Source: the human T2T-CHM13v2.0 reference genome, Homo sapiens
Reading direction: 5' to 3' (one strand)
Assembly: GCF_009914755.1 (NCBI RefSeq)
Contig: NC_060942.1
Length of the DNA: 64,000 nucleotides
A model generated the notes under the pieces. The model saw only the letters and a program-made list of their open reading frames with translations, was not told the origin of the DNA and did no database searches. The position numbers and the translations under genes were made by a program. Positions 1 through 20,390 of this stretch are shown piece by piece (the first letter of the stretch is position 1; each line of letters starts with the position of its first letter).

Positions 1-1259
1 ACGGTGGGCATCTAGACAACCCACATAGGTGGCAGCGAGCAGGAGCTCCCCTAAGTGGCCATGTGAAGGTAGGTGACAGGGAGCCTGGCAGGACTTCTCC
101 ATACACACTGGCAGTGGGCGCCCTTGAGCCTTAGAGAGCCACAAACAGATGGCGTTAGAGACTAAGAGGGGAAGGTGGTGTGGGAGGGAGGAGGCTGGAG
201 AGGGGCAGGCACAAGACCACAGAAGAGGCAGAGGAGCCGGAGGTCGTTTTCGTGGTAAGAGGGAGCCACTGAGAGTTTGTTGCAGGAAGGTGAGGTAGCC
301 GGGTTGTGTGTTGGGAAGAATACCTTGGCAGCCCTGTGGAGAGAGGGCCGGGGGGATGTTGGGACCTGAGCCAGGGAGACCAGTAGTCCGGGCAGGTAAT
401 TGTCCAGGTGAGAGGTAGCAGAGGCCACCTGGGGTGAGACATGGGGAGTAAGGAACAGGAGGCTCACGACGCAGCTCTGCTCTCTGGTTAGGGCGCCAGG
501 CTGAATGGTGGCCCATGAGGGGCAGGTGTGAGAAGAGAGAGGTAAGCTTGCTTTGCACATCTTGAGTATGCAGCCCCTGCACAGCAGGCTGTGGAGTGTC
601 CAGCCTGAAGCTGAAGGTGCGGCCAGCAGTGCTGCAGTGAGGGAATGGCGACCTGGTCCCAGGGGCAGGCAGGGCTGGTGGGTGCAGTGGGTGGGGACAG
701 GGCTGAGGAGCAGGTCATCCAGGCGGCCATGCGCAAGTACCCGAACCGGTACCTGGGCAGCTCCCCATCTTCTCAGCATCTTGTGGGAGGCCCAGTGTTT
801 GAAAGAAAGTGGAGCTGCTCTGGGTCCTGCGGCTCCCCTGCCCCAACCAGAGGGCCTCGGGAGCTCCTATGAGCTTCTCAGGTGGCCATGGGAACAGTCC
901 CCCAGGATGCTCAGTGCTGTCGGCCAGCCACACTCTGCCCAGCTGGGAGCACCTTCCGTAGAAGGCAGGGGGTGCATCCCTGTGTGCTGAGATGAGGCTG
1001 TGAGCCACCTGCAGGATAGAGCCTAGCTCCTTAGTGTACTACCTGGACTTCTGCCAATGTTCCCTGGTCCTATTGGCTCCTTGTCCCAGGCTGCACAAAG
1101 TCACAGGAGCCTGTCAGGTCCCCACTGGCTATTCCTGACAGCTTACGTATTATGTTCTTTCTGCCCCCAAAACCAATATTTACTTATGAAATTCCACCTT
1201 ATCCTTCCAGAAAACTCAGTTGTATGTAAAAAGGAGCAGTTTATGCTCCAGTGAAGTCT

Positions 1260-1450
1260 GATGGGAAGGAAACAGGGTTTGGAGCAAGACAGACATGTGC
1301 TTGCATCCTGAAGCCATCGCTGGATGGCCCGATGACTTGGGGATGCTATTTACATTTTCTGAGTCTCACATTTCTTGTATAAAAAAGAAAAGAACAAACC
1401 TCAGAGGAGTAAGGTTTATGAAACACAGTGACTTGCATAAAATATTGCAC
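1260..1450 (+). mobile_element. MIR fragment
   Basis: MIR-core-like tgacttgggg...ttctgagtctcacatttctt. Confidence 0.5.
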
Positions 1451-1771
1451 ATAAAATGACAACAGCTAATCAGAGTTTAATTTGTAATTGATGCTGTTAG
1501 ATAGTTCTGTTGAATGTAACGCCCATACACGTGAGACTCTTGATAACCTGGCACTCTGTAGGAGGAGAGAGATTTCCTACTAACCATTTGCATTGGGACA
1601 GTGAGGCTGGGGGAGGGATTCAGTGAGAGATTACTGAAAAAATGAGTATTTATCACTACAGAAAGGTTAATTTGCTTTTCACCGTTTAAACTTTTTAAAA
1701 CATGGTCTTTTATCAGAATTGGCATTTTGAGAAGAGGGTGAACTGAGTTAAACAATGAAGCAATTCTAGAG

Positions 1772-2275
<504 letters not shown>

Positions 2276-2318
2276 CTCTAGAGCTCGAGTGTTTAAATTG
2301 GTTTTGACAGAAAATATA

Positions 2319-3644
<1,326 letters not shown>

Positions 3645-4035
3645 TCAGAGTCTGTCCCATCCAGTCCTAGGAGACAGTGCTCTGTGGGCTGCCATGGGTA
3701 GGTGAAAAGCTTTCTCTCACTTATATGGACACACAGGCCTATTTGTCCTTTTCTATGGTACAACTGCTGATAGTTTTGGCAGCTTGACTGTACCTTGAAG
3801 GCCAGAGCCCTGCTCACATGTGGAGTGGGACATGGGAAGAAGATAGATGACAGTTGCCAGAAGGAACAGCAAAACCATGGTTTCCTAGGATTTAATGTGG
3901 TCGTATCTCCTATGCCTAAAAGTTTCTTCTGTTCTGGCCCCACTAAGTGCTAATTTTGGGATGGAAGAGTATGGGCAGTTGGCTTCAGAAGAAATGCAAG
4001 AGAAATACAATCTAAACCTTTTTTTTCTTTTTAAG

Positions 4036-4106
4036 ATCACACTCACAAATTTGGTGTCAGTTAATGAGAGGTTGGTGTACACACCTCATCCAGAGAACCC
4101 AGAAAT
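4036..4106 (+). CDS. PRELID3A: PRELID3A (SLMO1) internal coding exon, PRELI/MSF1 lipid-transfer domain: [23 protein letters not shown](M)
   Basis: Acceptor ttttcttttttaag and donor AT|gtgagt; 71 nt; the peptide matches the PRELI/SLMO family and joins the next exon in frame (AT+G=Met). Upstream exons lie outside the window. Confidence 0.95.
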
Positions 4107-4138
4107 GTGAGTCATCTCCTGTGGGATTGACACATTGA

Positions 4139-4354
<216 letters not shown>

Positions 4355-4375
4355 TAGTTGTTAAGTGCCAGATTA

Positions 4376-4752
<377 letters not shown>

Positions 4753-6344
4753 TTATGCTGAGCTCATAATGCCACAGTATTTCAAAACTAGGGTAGGGAA
4801 AGGCTGACCCAGGTCTGAGGGAAGTGTGTGCATGAAAGCCAAGGGAGCCAAAGTTACTCTTCTCAGTAGAGAAAGTATGGGGTAAACCTGGAGCATAAAC
4901 CCAGCCAAGGCAACTACCACTTCAAAGAGCCCAAATGTCATAAGCTCAGTTACCAAAGCAAACTAACCCACAACATCAGAAATACAAGGTGTTAACAGTG
5001 TCAGGTAGGCTATTCAGGACTTATAGTAGTTTCCTATTTAATGGGCATTAAGTGGCTTTGGCTGAACCTCTCCAGCAGTGACGCTTCCATGGAGCCTGCT
5101 GCCGTCTTCACAGCTCCTCTCTGGCAGGATTTGGCAGTAAGCTTTGTGGAGGTGAGAGGAGAAAGGATAGATCCCAGGAGGCCATCCATGGTACTCCCTT
5201 TGTGTCCAGGGCACTGGAACAGAGGAAGAGATTGTTCTAGGAGTCCAGGTTGCCCTCCCCTCCAGCAGAGTTGATGGAAAGAGCTTGAATGTTTGGTAGG
5301 AAGATGTTCCTCACATTTAAAAGATGCCACTTGCCAGAGCAGGGCCTTTGCTTTTCACCTGGGCCCGCCTCACAGGCTCATGTCTTCTCTTTGTCTGTCC
5401 CTCCTACCCCTCACTCTTCCCTTTCCTCCCTCTTTCTCTTCCCTCCTTTTTGGGGGTCAGAAATGAGTCTTCATTTTTGAGATCAGTGGGTGATTCCTAA
5501 GGCTGTACTTCCCTTTCCAATGTCCTTCCATGCTTAACTCTCCAACTAGTGGAAAACCATTTATGGCTTGCATTTAGTCTCATCACCAATAGAATAGCCT
5601 GTCTATCTAATTTTGTAGAATCCAGATTTGAGAAACAGAGATTTGAGCAGCTTAGCTCAGTTCAGAGGAGGTAGGGCAGCGAAGGCCAAAGGGGGAGAGC
5701 TTTGTCCATGCTGGAGGAAGGAGACCGGATCTCACCCATCGTTGTTTCCAATGCTTGGCTTAGGGCAGAAGCCCTAAATGTTTGCCAAACAAAATATTAT
5801 AAGAGGAAGGGAATATTCAGTGAGGCCACAGCTACCTTAGACCTTTTATGTGAAAAATTTGGGGTAAACTCAGTGAGGGCAAATTGGCTTTCCTTTATTT
5901 CACTTTATTAGAGGTTGTGTTGAAGGCTTAGGAGAGAATCACTAAGGTGGGGAGAGGTGTTGTGCCTGGAAACAGCGGAGCGGCCTGAGGGCAGGTGCAG
6001 GGGATGGGGTTGGGGGTGCGTGGAGGTGTCACCCTGGGCTTTCCTGGCCTCCTGGGGCAGCCTCAGTGCTGGGATTTGGGAGGTGAGGGACAGGACTTGC
6101 TGTATTGAGCTAAGCCGGGCGCTGGTTTGCTAACACAGCAGTGACTCTTAGGCACTGTTTTCCTTCCCCCTTCTGAGCTGGAGGAACTGCCTGCCTGTGT
6201 GAAGATCACTCGGAAAGGTCACTGCTGTGTCTCCTTGTAACTGCAGCGCTTGCCTTCTGCAGTTTAGCCTGTGGACTTGTCGCTTGCTGTCTGCAGCGGG
6301 AGGCGGGATGACCCACTCAGTGCTGAAATCTTTCTGTGTTGCAG

Positions 6345-6398
6345 GGGTGGGCTGCTATCGAGTGGATAATTGAACACTCTGAAAGCGCTGTGAGCTAA
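6345..6398 (+). CDS. PRELID3A: PRELID3A last coding exon: GWAAIEWIIEHSESAVS* (exon continues as UTR to a donor after 6431)
   Basis: Acceptor tttctgtgttgcag; phase 0 after ...NAKK; TAA at 6396-6398; donor GTG|gtgagt at 6432. Confidence 0.93.
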   Translation, partial: GWAAIEWIIEHSESAVS

Positions 6399-7254
6399 GG
6401 AGGCCTGTGCCTGTGCTTGTCATAAATGGTGGTGAGTACAGTATTCACTCACCTGGGGGGGTACTTGCAGCCTCTTGTGACCCGTGTGCATGGTGCACAT
6501 GGTGAGGGGACGCCAGAAGTACGCAGCTGCTGGTGGCTCTCCAGCCCGGAGCTCCTTAGTTTTCCACGGTGACACAGAATCACTGGGTTCATCCTCTTTC
6601 TATTTCATTCCTTGCTTCATGGCAGGATTTAGATTCCGAGGAAGCTTGAGCTGCGGCCCTCTGGGTCGCATGGTGGCAGCTCGGCCTCTCCAGCAAGCCA
6701 CCCTCGGGCTGGGTTGCTGAGGTGACCCCGGTGACTGTGCAGAGTTGGCGCGAGTGGCCAGGCCTGTCCTGACAGGGCGCTGTCCTTTGGGTGCATCTGC
6801 ATCTGCTGCTGTGAGCGAGGTCCTGTGCCCACCTCTTCACTTGCCCCAAGCCAGTACATGGCCACACGGCTGCAGCCGGCCATTTCCTTTTAGCAGTGGA
6901 AGCCTTTCTGGCGTTTCCTTGAGCTTCACGAACATTCCCTGGCTTCTTGTGGCATCAGCAGCTGGACTTCTAGTGGCCCTGCCCCGACGGCCAGCGGCCA
7001 CCAGGGCCTGATCCCCGGGGAGGACGCGCCTCCCACCAGAGGCTGTGCTGCGCTGCTCTGGGCTGCTCGTCCCCATCTGTCCCCCGTGTGTGTGGGTTCG
7101 GGGATCCTTAAGAACTTCGTGCTGATTTTGCCTGAGTCACTGAAGCCACACTTTGCTCTCCTTGAACCCAAGCCAGGGGTGGCCATGGGCCTCACCTCCT
7201 TCATGGCCGCACCCTGAGTTCAGTGCCTGTAAGGAGCTTCCTTGCCTGGCATCC

Positions 7255-8095
7255 TGTATCTGTGTGGTGTGTGGTGTGTGCTGTGTGGTGAGTATCTATG
7301 TGTGTGTGGTGAGTGCGGTGTGTGGAGTGTGTGCTGTGCGTGGTATGTATATATGTGTGTGTGGTGTGTGTGTGTGTGCAGCGTGTATGGTGTGCATGTG
7401 CTGTCTGTGATGTGTTGCATGTTTGTGTGCTGTATGTTGTGTGTGTGCTGTGTGTATATATGTGGTGTGTGTGTGTGGTGTGTATGCTGGTGTGTGATGT
7501 GCGTGTGTGGGGTGTGTGTGATGTGTATATGTGTGTGGTATGTGGAGTGTGTGTGTGACATGTGTGCTGTGTGATGTGTATATGTGTGGTGTGTGTGTGC
7601 TCTGTGTATGTGATGTGTATATGTGTGTGGTATGTGTCGTGTGTGCATGTTTGTATGATGTGTATGTGTGTGATTGGTGTGTGCTGTGTGTGAATGTGTG
7701 TATAGTGTGTGCTCTGTGTAATGTGTATGTGTGTGGTGTGTGTGCATGTGTGTGATGTGTGTGCATGCGTGTATGATGTGCATGTGTGTGATGTGTGTGT
7801 GCTATGGGATGTGTATGTGTGTGGTATGGGTGCATGTGTGTGAGGTGTGTGATGTGTATGTGTGCTCTGTGATGTGTATGTATGTGGTGTGTGTGCATGT
7901 GTCTATGATGTGCATGTGTGTGATGTGTATTGTGTGCTGTGTGTGATTTGTGCATGTCTGTATGATGTGCATGTGTGTAATGTGTATGTGTGATGTGTAT
8001 GTGTGTGGTGTGTGCATGTAAGATATGCATGTGTGTGATGTGTATGTGCGGTGTGTGTCATGAGTGTGGTTTATGTCGAGTGTGGTGTGTGGTGC
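7255..8095. repeat. Degenerate (TG)n / TGTGCATG low-complexity tract, ~840 bp
   Basis: Direct reading; it is the source of the spurious Cys/Val-rich and His/Thr-rich ORFs. Confidence 0.97.
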
Positions 8096-8179
8096 GCCCT
8101 CTGCTCCTCTGCAACCCGACCCCTGGTGTCTCTGCAGATGCTTCCCAGAAGAAAGGAAAGAAGGAGGTGAGGAGAGGAC

Positions 8180-8880
8180 GAGCAAGGACGGGACGGAAGA
8201 GCACGTCTGGCTGCGAGGGCACACAGGGCCGGGGAGGAGGATTAGGCTGGACTGATCGCGGGTCGCAGGTGACCCCGGGACCAGATGTCCCTCCCCTCAT
8301 GAGCGTGCAACAGGGAGCAGCCCCAGCCAGACCCACCGCCGCCGTCTGCGTGGATGGAGGGCTCGAGGCCCTCGCCCGTGTCCCTTAGGGGCGGCGCCCA
8401 TCGTCCTGCCTGCCGCGGTGGCCCAGCCCCTTCTCTCCCTGCAGGTGACCCGCGCCGCCCCCGCCCGCCCGCCCACGCTGTCCTCCACTTAGGCGCCTCC
8501 ACAAACGCTGGCGGGTGTGCCGCCCTCCAGCCTCTCCGCCCCCGTCCCCTCGGTCCTGCAGATCACCAAGCAGCTCTCCTGGGCCCGCGGCTGCTCCGGG
8601 CCTCACATCTGCTGCTGGCCTCGGTGGGCTCTGACTGCGGGGCTCACGGGGCCTGGGGCCATGGCTTTCTTCTCGGCCCCCAAATGCCTTTCCTGGAGTG
8701 GCTAAGCCTCTCCTGACGAGGCTCCTCATGCGGGGAGAGGGCTGGGGTCCAGGGGTTTCCCGGCCCTTTCTGCAGGCTGTGCCAGCCCCCTCCAGTCTGC
8801 CACTGCCGTGCCCGGGGGACATCCTGCGCCCAGGCTGGAGGCCCTGCCTCGCTGCTTGCCAGCCTCACCTGCTGGGGCTG
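8180..8880. promoter_or_regulatory. CpG-island-like GC-rich segment over the PRELID3A terminal exon
   Basis: Dense CpG and GC boxes (ccgcgccgcccccgcccgcccgcc). Confidence 0.65.
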
Positions 8881-9195
8881 GAGGCCATGGATCCCTCATA
8901 GTATCCAAGGTTTGAGTTCCTGTTTTTCGCCTTATAGTTTTGTGAGTGTTTGAGGGACAACGACCAAAGGTCTTTTCCCCACCATCTTTAAATCAAAGTT
9001 GTTTAAAACAACATTAATTTTAAAAAATACATAAAAGCAACCCATGCTTATGGTTAAAAAAGAGTACAGGAGTCTGGAGTCCGTTGAAGGGTAAAGGCCT
9101 CCCGCAAGCTGCCAGTCGGCTCTTTTTCGCAAAGCCTTCCAGAAGTTTTCTGTGCTTATGAAAGCGTATGTGTGGCCTTTCTCTTCCCTTCTTTT

Positions 9196-9201
9196 ATTAA
9201 A
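9196..9201 (+). promoter_or_regulatory. Candidate poly(A) signal ATTAAA for PRELID3A
   Basis: ATTAAA with a downstream GT/T-rich element (cgtttcgtgtctgtcttttt). Confidence 0.55.
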
Positions 9202-9849
9202 CACAGATAGGTTTATGCTGGATAAACCGTTTCGTGTCTGTCTTTTTTCAGCGTTTAAGCAGCGTCATCTTGAGTGGAGCTGTGCGGCGCCTGCCTCCCC
9301 AGTCCTGAAGGCAGCGGGGCCTCTGGCCGGGGTGCTGGTGCGCTGTCCCTGCGCCGCCCTTCCCGGCACGCAGCGCCCTTGAGTGGCCCATCTTGCTCCC
9401 GTAGCAGCTCTGTAATGTCCCAATGGGAATGGTCCAGAACTTGTCACCTGGTGGTTCTGCTCTAGACGGAAACAAGCAAACGCGGGATCTGGAAACCATC
9501 TCTGAAGCAGGGATGGAGAGACAAGGTCGCACACTGGCTGGGGCACGCAGAGGTCCCTGCGTATTTTGGGGGCACGATCACATTTTTTAGGCGAGGACAG
9601 TCGTAAATGTCAGACTCCAGCCACTTCAAACCTTTGGTGACCAAAGTGGGGTAAAAACAAGCACCTGCGTGCGTTGTGGTTATTCTATGCTCTCCAATAT
9701 ATATAAATTTTAAGAAGTTTTTCTTGAGGTGGTCAGTTCTTAAACCAAGAAAGTGGTAGTAGTTGATTTTAATTAGTGTAAAGTTGTCTTCGTAACTTCC
9801 GTGTTGGTTGGAAATAGGTTCATTCTTTGTTTTGAAAAGGAGTCAAGCG

Positions 9850-11750
9850 CAGTGGTGAGAAGGGGAAGAGGAGAGCAGGCGGTTCCAGTGCGACCCAACG
9901 GCAGCCAGAGGCCGCCCTGCCCCGCCGGCCAGAAGCGGACTCGGTGCAGACATGCAGCTCTCTCCGTGGAATGTGCATGTGCACGGAGGTGAGTGTGGTC
10001 TGATAAGGCCGCAGGCAGCTCGTTTGGGAAAACTGCGCAGGGCTCGGCCTCAGTGGCCAAGCAGTGTTTGTGGGGCACCGGAAGCGGCGCCGCACCCGTG
10101 CTGGCCGGCCCGCCACTGGGAAGAAACGCCCCCTCGGGCGGCCTACTGCTCCCATCGAAGCCCACAGGCCGTGGCCGTGAGGGCACCCAGTGCTGCTCGT
10201 GCGCAGGGTCCGGGACTTTCGCCAGCAGGAACCGCAGTGCACTTGCTGCCTGTTGGCCTCAGTCTTTTTTATTTATTTGTTTATTTATTTTGAGGCATAG
10301 TCTGGCTCTGGAGTGCAGTAGCGCGCGGCTTCCGCCTCCTGGTATTAGGTGATCCTTCCGCCTCAGCCTCCTGAGTAGCTGAGACCACAGGCCCGTGCCA
10401 CCACACCTAATTTTTTTTTTTTTTCTTTTTTGAGACGGAGTCTCGCTCTGTCGCCCAGGCTGAAGTGCAGTGGCGCCAACTTGGCTCACTGCAAGCTCCA
10501 CCTCCCAGGTTTACGCCATCCTCCTGCCTCAGCCTCCCGACAGCTGGGACTACAGGCGCCCGCCACCACGCCCGGCTAATTTTTTGTATTTTTTTTTCAG
10601 TAGAGACCGGGCTTCACCGTGTTAGCCAGGATGGTCTCCATCTCCTGACCTCGTGATCCGCCTGCCTTGGCCTCCCAAAGTGCTGGGATTACAGGCGTGA
10701 GCCACCGCGCCCGGCCAGTATTTTTTTTTTTTTTTTAAGAGACGGGGCCTCACTATGTTGCCTAGGCTGGTCTCAAACTCCTGGGCTCAAGCCATCCTTG
10801 CACCTCAGCCTTGTCCCCAAATGCTGGGACCACAGGTGTGTGCCACCGCTTGGGGCTGCAGCCTCTCTTACAGGCGCCCCTGCATCTCCTGTGAACAGAC
10901 AGAAAACGGGCTTGCTCCTCCCGCCACACGGCTGTCCTTCCCCATTTCTAATAAGTGCTGCTCCCATTTCCCAAACACAAAGCCCGGGTCCCCGGCCGGC
11001 CGACGTCTTCCTCCTGCCTTTTCTCTCGGGGCTGTTTGGACATGGCACCTTCCTCCAGCATCTAGGCTGAGTTCTGGGTTTCCCCGCCCCGTTCTGCTCT
11101 GCGTACTCGTCCCTGGCGTTGCCACTCTGTGACCTTGCCTGCGTGTCGCGTGCCCGCTGCGGAAGCCGGGCCGCGGGGCTTGGGAGCTGAGGGGAGGCCG
11201 AGTCCGGAGATGCGCGGCGCGAGCCCGGCCGGCCCGCACATGGTCACTCCGCCAGGCTTGGAGGACCCTGGAGGGGCCCTCAGAGTGGCCACTGCGGACG
11301 CCATCCTCCAGCCCGGGTGCAGCCCCCGGAGGCTGCGGGTCCCGCTGCCATCTCCACTGCCACCTCGTGCGAGGCCCAGGCCGGGATCCCCCGCCAGAGC
11401 TGCTCCCGTAAATGCTCATCACCTCCTGCAGAGCCCGGGGTCGTCTGTTATGCAGGCAGTGAACGCACCGCCTCGTACTTGTCTGCACAGTCACCTTCTG
11501 TCTGGCCTCTCGCTCATGCTGTCCCACTTCTTACACTACTCCAAAAATATTCCTGTCATAAAGTCCCTTGATTAGAAAGCTAGGGAGGGTTCTCGTCCCT
11601 TTCTGAAAAAGGTCAAAAGCAAGGCCGAGGCACCGGCACGGGTGACTGATGCAGGCGGGCAGCAGTGGCCCCTCTGAGCCCAACCTCAGATCTTCTGCGG
11701 AGCTGTCCCTCCGGCGCCGGCCCACAGCGCCACAGCCCACCATCACCATC
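9850..11750. promoter_or_regulatory. CpG-island-like region 3' of PRELID3A, interrupted by Alus
   Basis: High CpG density at 9850-10260 and 10980-11730. Confidence 0.6.
10262..10850 (-). mobile_element. Old Alu (J-like) with a nested young AluY-like element (~10410-10716)
   Basis: Antisense Alu arms flank a CpG-intact full Alu inserted in the middle A-rich linker. Confidence 0.9.
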
Positions 11751-12312
11751 AATTCCTAGAGATTTATGTTGCCTTGAACTATTTTTTTAAACTATTCGCA
11801 TATGTATTTGACCAGCCTGGGCTCAAAGTTCTTCCGTGCCAAGGCAGATGTCCTGCTTTTGCGCTCATGATCCTGGGTCTTCTCTAAGGGCTTTGGTGAC
11901 TGGAGAACGGCCTGGAGTCAGAGCTGCCCGAAGGCGGCCCGAGGGCAGCTGCAGCCTCAGCTTGATGCCGGGCTAGTGGTTTCACCTTAAGCAAATGACT
12001 ACGTTATTATTCCCAAGTTTTGCATCTGTAAAAGAGGCCGTTAATAGCATCTGTGTGAGAGTTGAGTGTGGGAGGAGAGAATGGGATGCTGAGCAGGATG
12101 CTTGCGTACAGTAAGCCCTGGAAAACTGGCAGTGGTCAGCTACTGAAAAGCAAAGTTTCTAAAACTATGTATTAATAGTAACATAAGCATAGAATGATGT
12201 CATAAAGTTTATTTTCATATTTTTCCTTATTTTATTATTGGCCAAATTATCTTAATATGACACATTTGAAAGTTTAATGTTTACTTCAGCCTAACTGGTA
12301 TAAAATCGTTAA

Positions 12313-14350
<2,038 letters not shown>

Positions 14351-14375
14351 CCATGCAGTAATAAAACTTGTATGA

Positions 14376-14673
<298 letters not shown>

Positions 14674-15194
14674 GTATGATTACCCTTAAGAGTTAACTAC
14701 CACACTCAAAAGAGGCAAGTAGTAAAAAATTAATGAGTACAAGCTCTGTACTAATAAATCCCTTTGCATTCATAAAGCAGCTTTGATGACAGGTCTTCAG
14801 GATCCCTGTTCTTCTGCACATCAGTTTGTTAATGGGAAAAGCCAGGTTGGGAGGCAGGGCTGTGCAGGTCCCCCGACTTGGGTTCTAGTGGTGGGTAGAG
14901 CCAAGAGGAATGTGTGACGAGTGGCACTTTCAAGCGGGAGGTAGAAAGCCCAGACTGGCACAAGTCAACCATGCTCACAGCATGAGCTGCTGACTTGGCC
15001 TTCTCTATTCTAATGAGCTGTTTTAGGGCTGCAGTAATTTGTTGACTTAGAATTGTACTCCTGACTTAAAGGCGCGGGGCTGCGTGTCGCATTTATCTGT
15101 TGAACTGCACAGTTGACACACCATGTCAGTTGAAGACATCTTGATGGTTCCATCTTTGTATGTATCACTTATTCTCATGTCCGTATTAACCTGC

Positions 15195-15340
15195 TCATTC
15201 AGTCAGTAATTCCCTCCACGGTTATTAGGCACCTGTTACATGCCAGGAATTATTTTCAGAAGCTGGGGATACAGCAAGTGAAGCAATCTGACAAAGATGC
15301 CTGTGTTCATGGAACAATGTAGTAGAATGTTAGGTGGTAC
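15195..15340. mobile_element. L2 3'-end fragment
   Basis: cattcagtcag...ttattaggcacctgttacatgccagg...ctggggatacagca, typical of L2. Confidence 0.6.
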
Positions 15341-16504
15341 AATGGAAAAAATACAATGCAGAAGCCATAAGCAGTGGGACGTGTTGCAGGGAGGAGTGGG
15401 AAGGAAGAGGCGACGTGAGGGAGCCACTTGGCAGGGGGAGCAGGCGTGCTCTGCAGAACCCCGTGGGCAGCACCAGCGAGTCAGCAATGGGAAGAAGTGA
15501 CACGACGGCACAACTCCCAACTCTTTGACCTATTCGAAGATGGAACTTCACAGAGAATCAGCTCTGCTTTGTCCTAGACACATTTAAAGAGAGCTGAGAC
15601 GGCCTGTCAGGTGAGAGGTTGTGGGTGATTCCTGCCGAAGGGTGGCCATGTGTCTTATCAGCTCTAAATAAAAGCTGGCCATAGAGATCAAATTTAGTGA
15701 GGAGTTCAGGCAGCGATGGAGACTTTGGCACTGAGGGCCAGAGCGTGAAGTCTCCCTGCCAGGATCTCATTAGTATACATGAGAGGTGCATATCTCAGGG
15801 ACTACCTGCAGCGGTGCTCGCTATCCTTGACCAAGCTGGAGAACAAGAGTTGTCTTTACTTGTGTTTCCTTTTAGTGCAACTAGGGTTGCCACACACGCC
15901 AAGTGGAGGAGAAGAGCCTGCTGTGTGCGCGCACCTGACAGTCACCGGCTTCTCTTTACGTTTCCAATAGGAAGCGCACACTACGCTGTGGGAACAAAAA
16001 CACCAGGTGTCTGCTATGGCCAAGGCAGATAAGGTCTTTCTCTCCAACAGGATCCAGAGATGAACCACTGGTACTAACACCCAACGGCTGATGTAAGGGG
16101 CTGTGTCCCTTTTTAAAAAGTCAACTCATCTTTCTGAGGTTTTTCTTTTTAATTTTGAGAGATGGAGCCAGGTTCTTTGTAGCAACTAGTAAAACTGAAT
16201 TTGCCTTTGCCTCCAGTTTCGAATAAGTGCAGCACATTTTGCACTTTCCTTACTTTCATGTAATATTCATAATCAGGTTTGTCATCAACACAGAAATAAT
16301 GCTTAGAAAGTATCAGTCATTTCACACTTCACTTTAGTGAAGGGCTGGCTTGGATTACACGCTGTTTCTCAAGTCACACTGGCTCAGGCTTCAAGTGTCT
16401 TTACTTGTTGATGCCTGTGTAGTACTGGTTGTTCACACAGTATCCTGAATCTCTCTCCTAGTTGAAAGTGACCTTGGAGAACACCTAGTCTAACACACTT
16501 GCTT

Positions 16505-19906
<3,402 letters not shown>

Positions 19907-20390
19907 AAGGAGTCGTGTGTGCAATCAAGCCCTTTCCTAAAGATAGTTTTCTTTATGAAATTGTAGACTGTGATTTACAACTGTACATCTTTTCCTCAAC
20001 TGGAGCTGGTAAGAAAAAAGTTAAATATGTGTTACCCAAAGCTTTTCCTACTTATGGTATCCAAATTCTTTGTATATCTGCAATACAGGAAGCACGAGTC
20101 AAAGATTATGACTTGGACTTAGTCACTGGACATGTGGATTATGAGTTGGACACATACACACAAGTATCTTGACATACACATATCACAGAGGAACTTCAGA
20201 GGAAGGGGCTCCTAAGAAATGTCTGGCAACTGAGGGAACAGGTTATGTAAATGGATTAATATAAAACTCAACTTTATGTAATGTGTAAGATATTTAGAAG
20301 GTAAACCATGCATTCTTAGTTAAGATAAAAACACAAGAACTTTCCTCTGCTCGTATTTCAGGAATACGTCTGCTGAGGGACACGTTCTAC

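Larger units (their letters stand above)
8138..9226 (+). other. PRELID3A: Probable non-coding 3' terminal exon (3'UTR) of PRELID3A
   Basis: Candidate acceptors gtgtctctgcag (ends 8137) and cttctctccctgcag (ends 8444); ATTAAA at 9196-9201 followed by GT/T-rich sequence. Boundaries are inferred. Confidence 0.55.

Noticed and set aside
155-1008. Overlapping 75-205 aa ORFs
   Set aside because: PRELID3A intron with GC-rich, L2-like sequence; no family similarity.
7153-8388. Long His/Thr-rich and Cys/Val-rich ORFs (up to 244 aa)
   Set aside because: Translations of the (TG)n/(CA)n tract, which lacks stops by composition.
10868-11575. 219-aa and 148-aa ORFs in the CpG-rich block
   Set aside because: GC-rich DNA is stop-poor; no recognisable domain or splice context.
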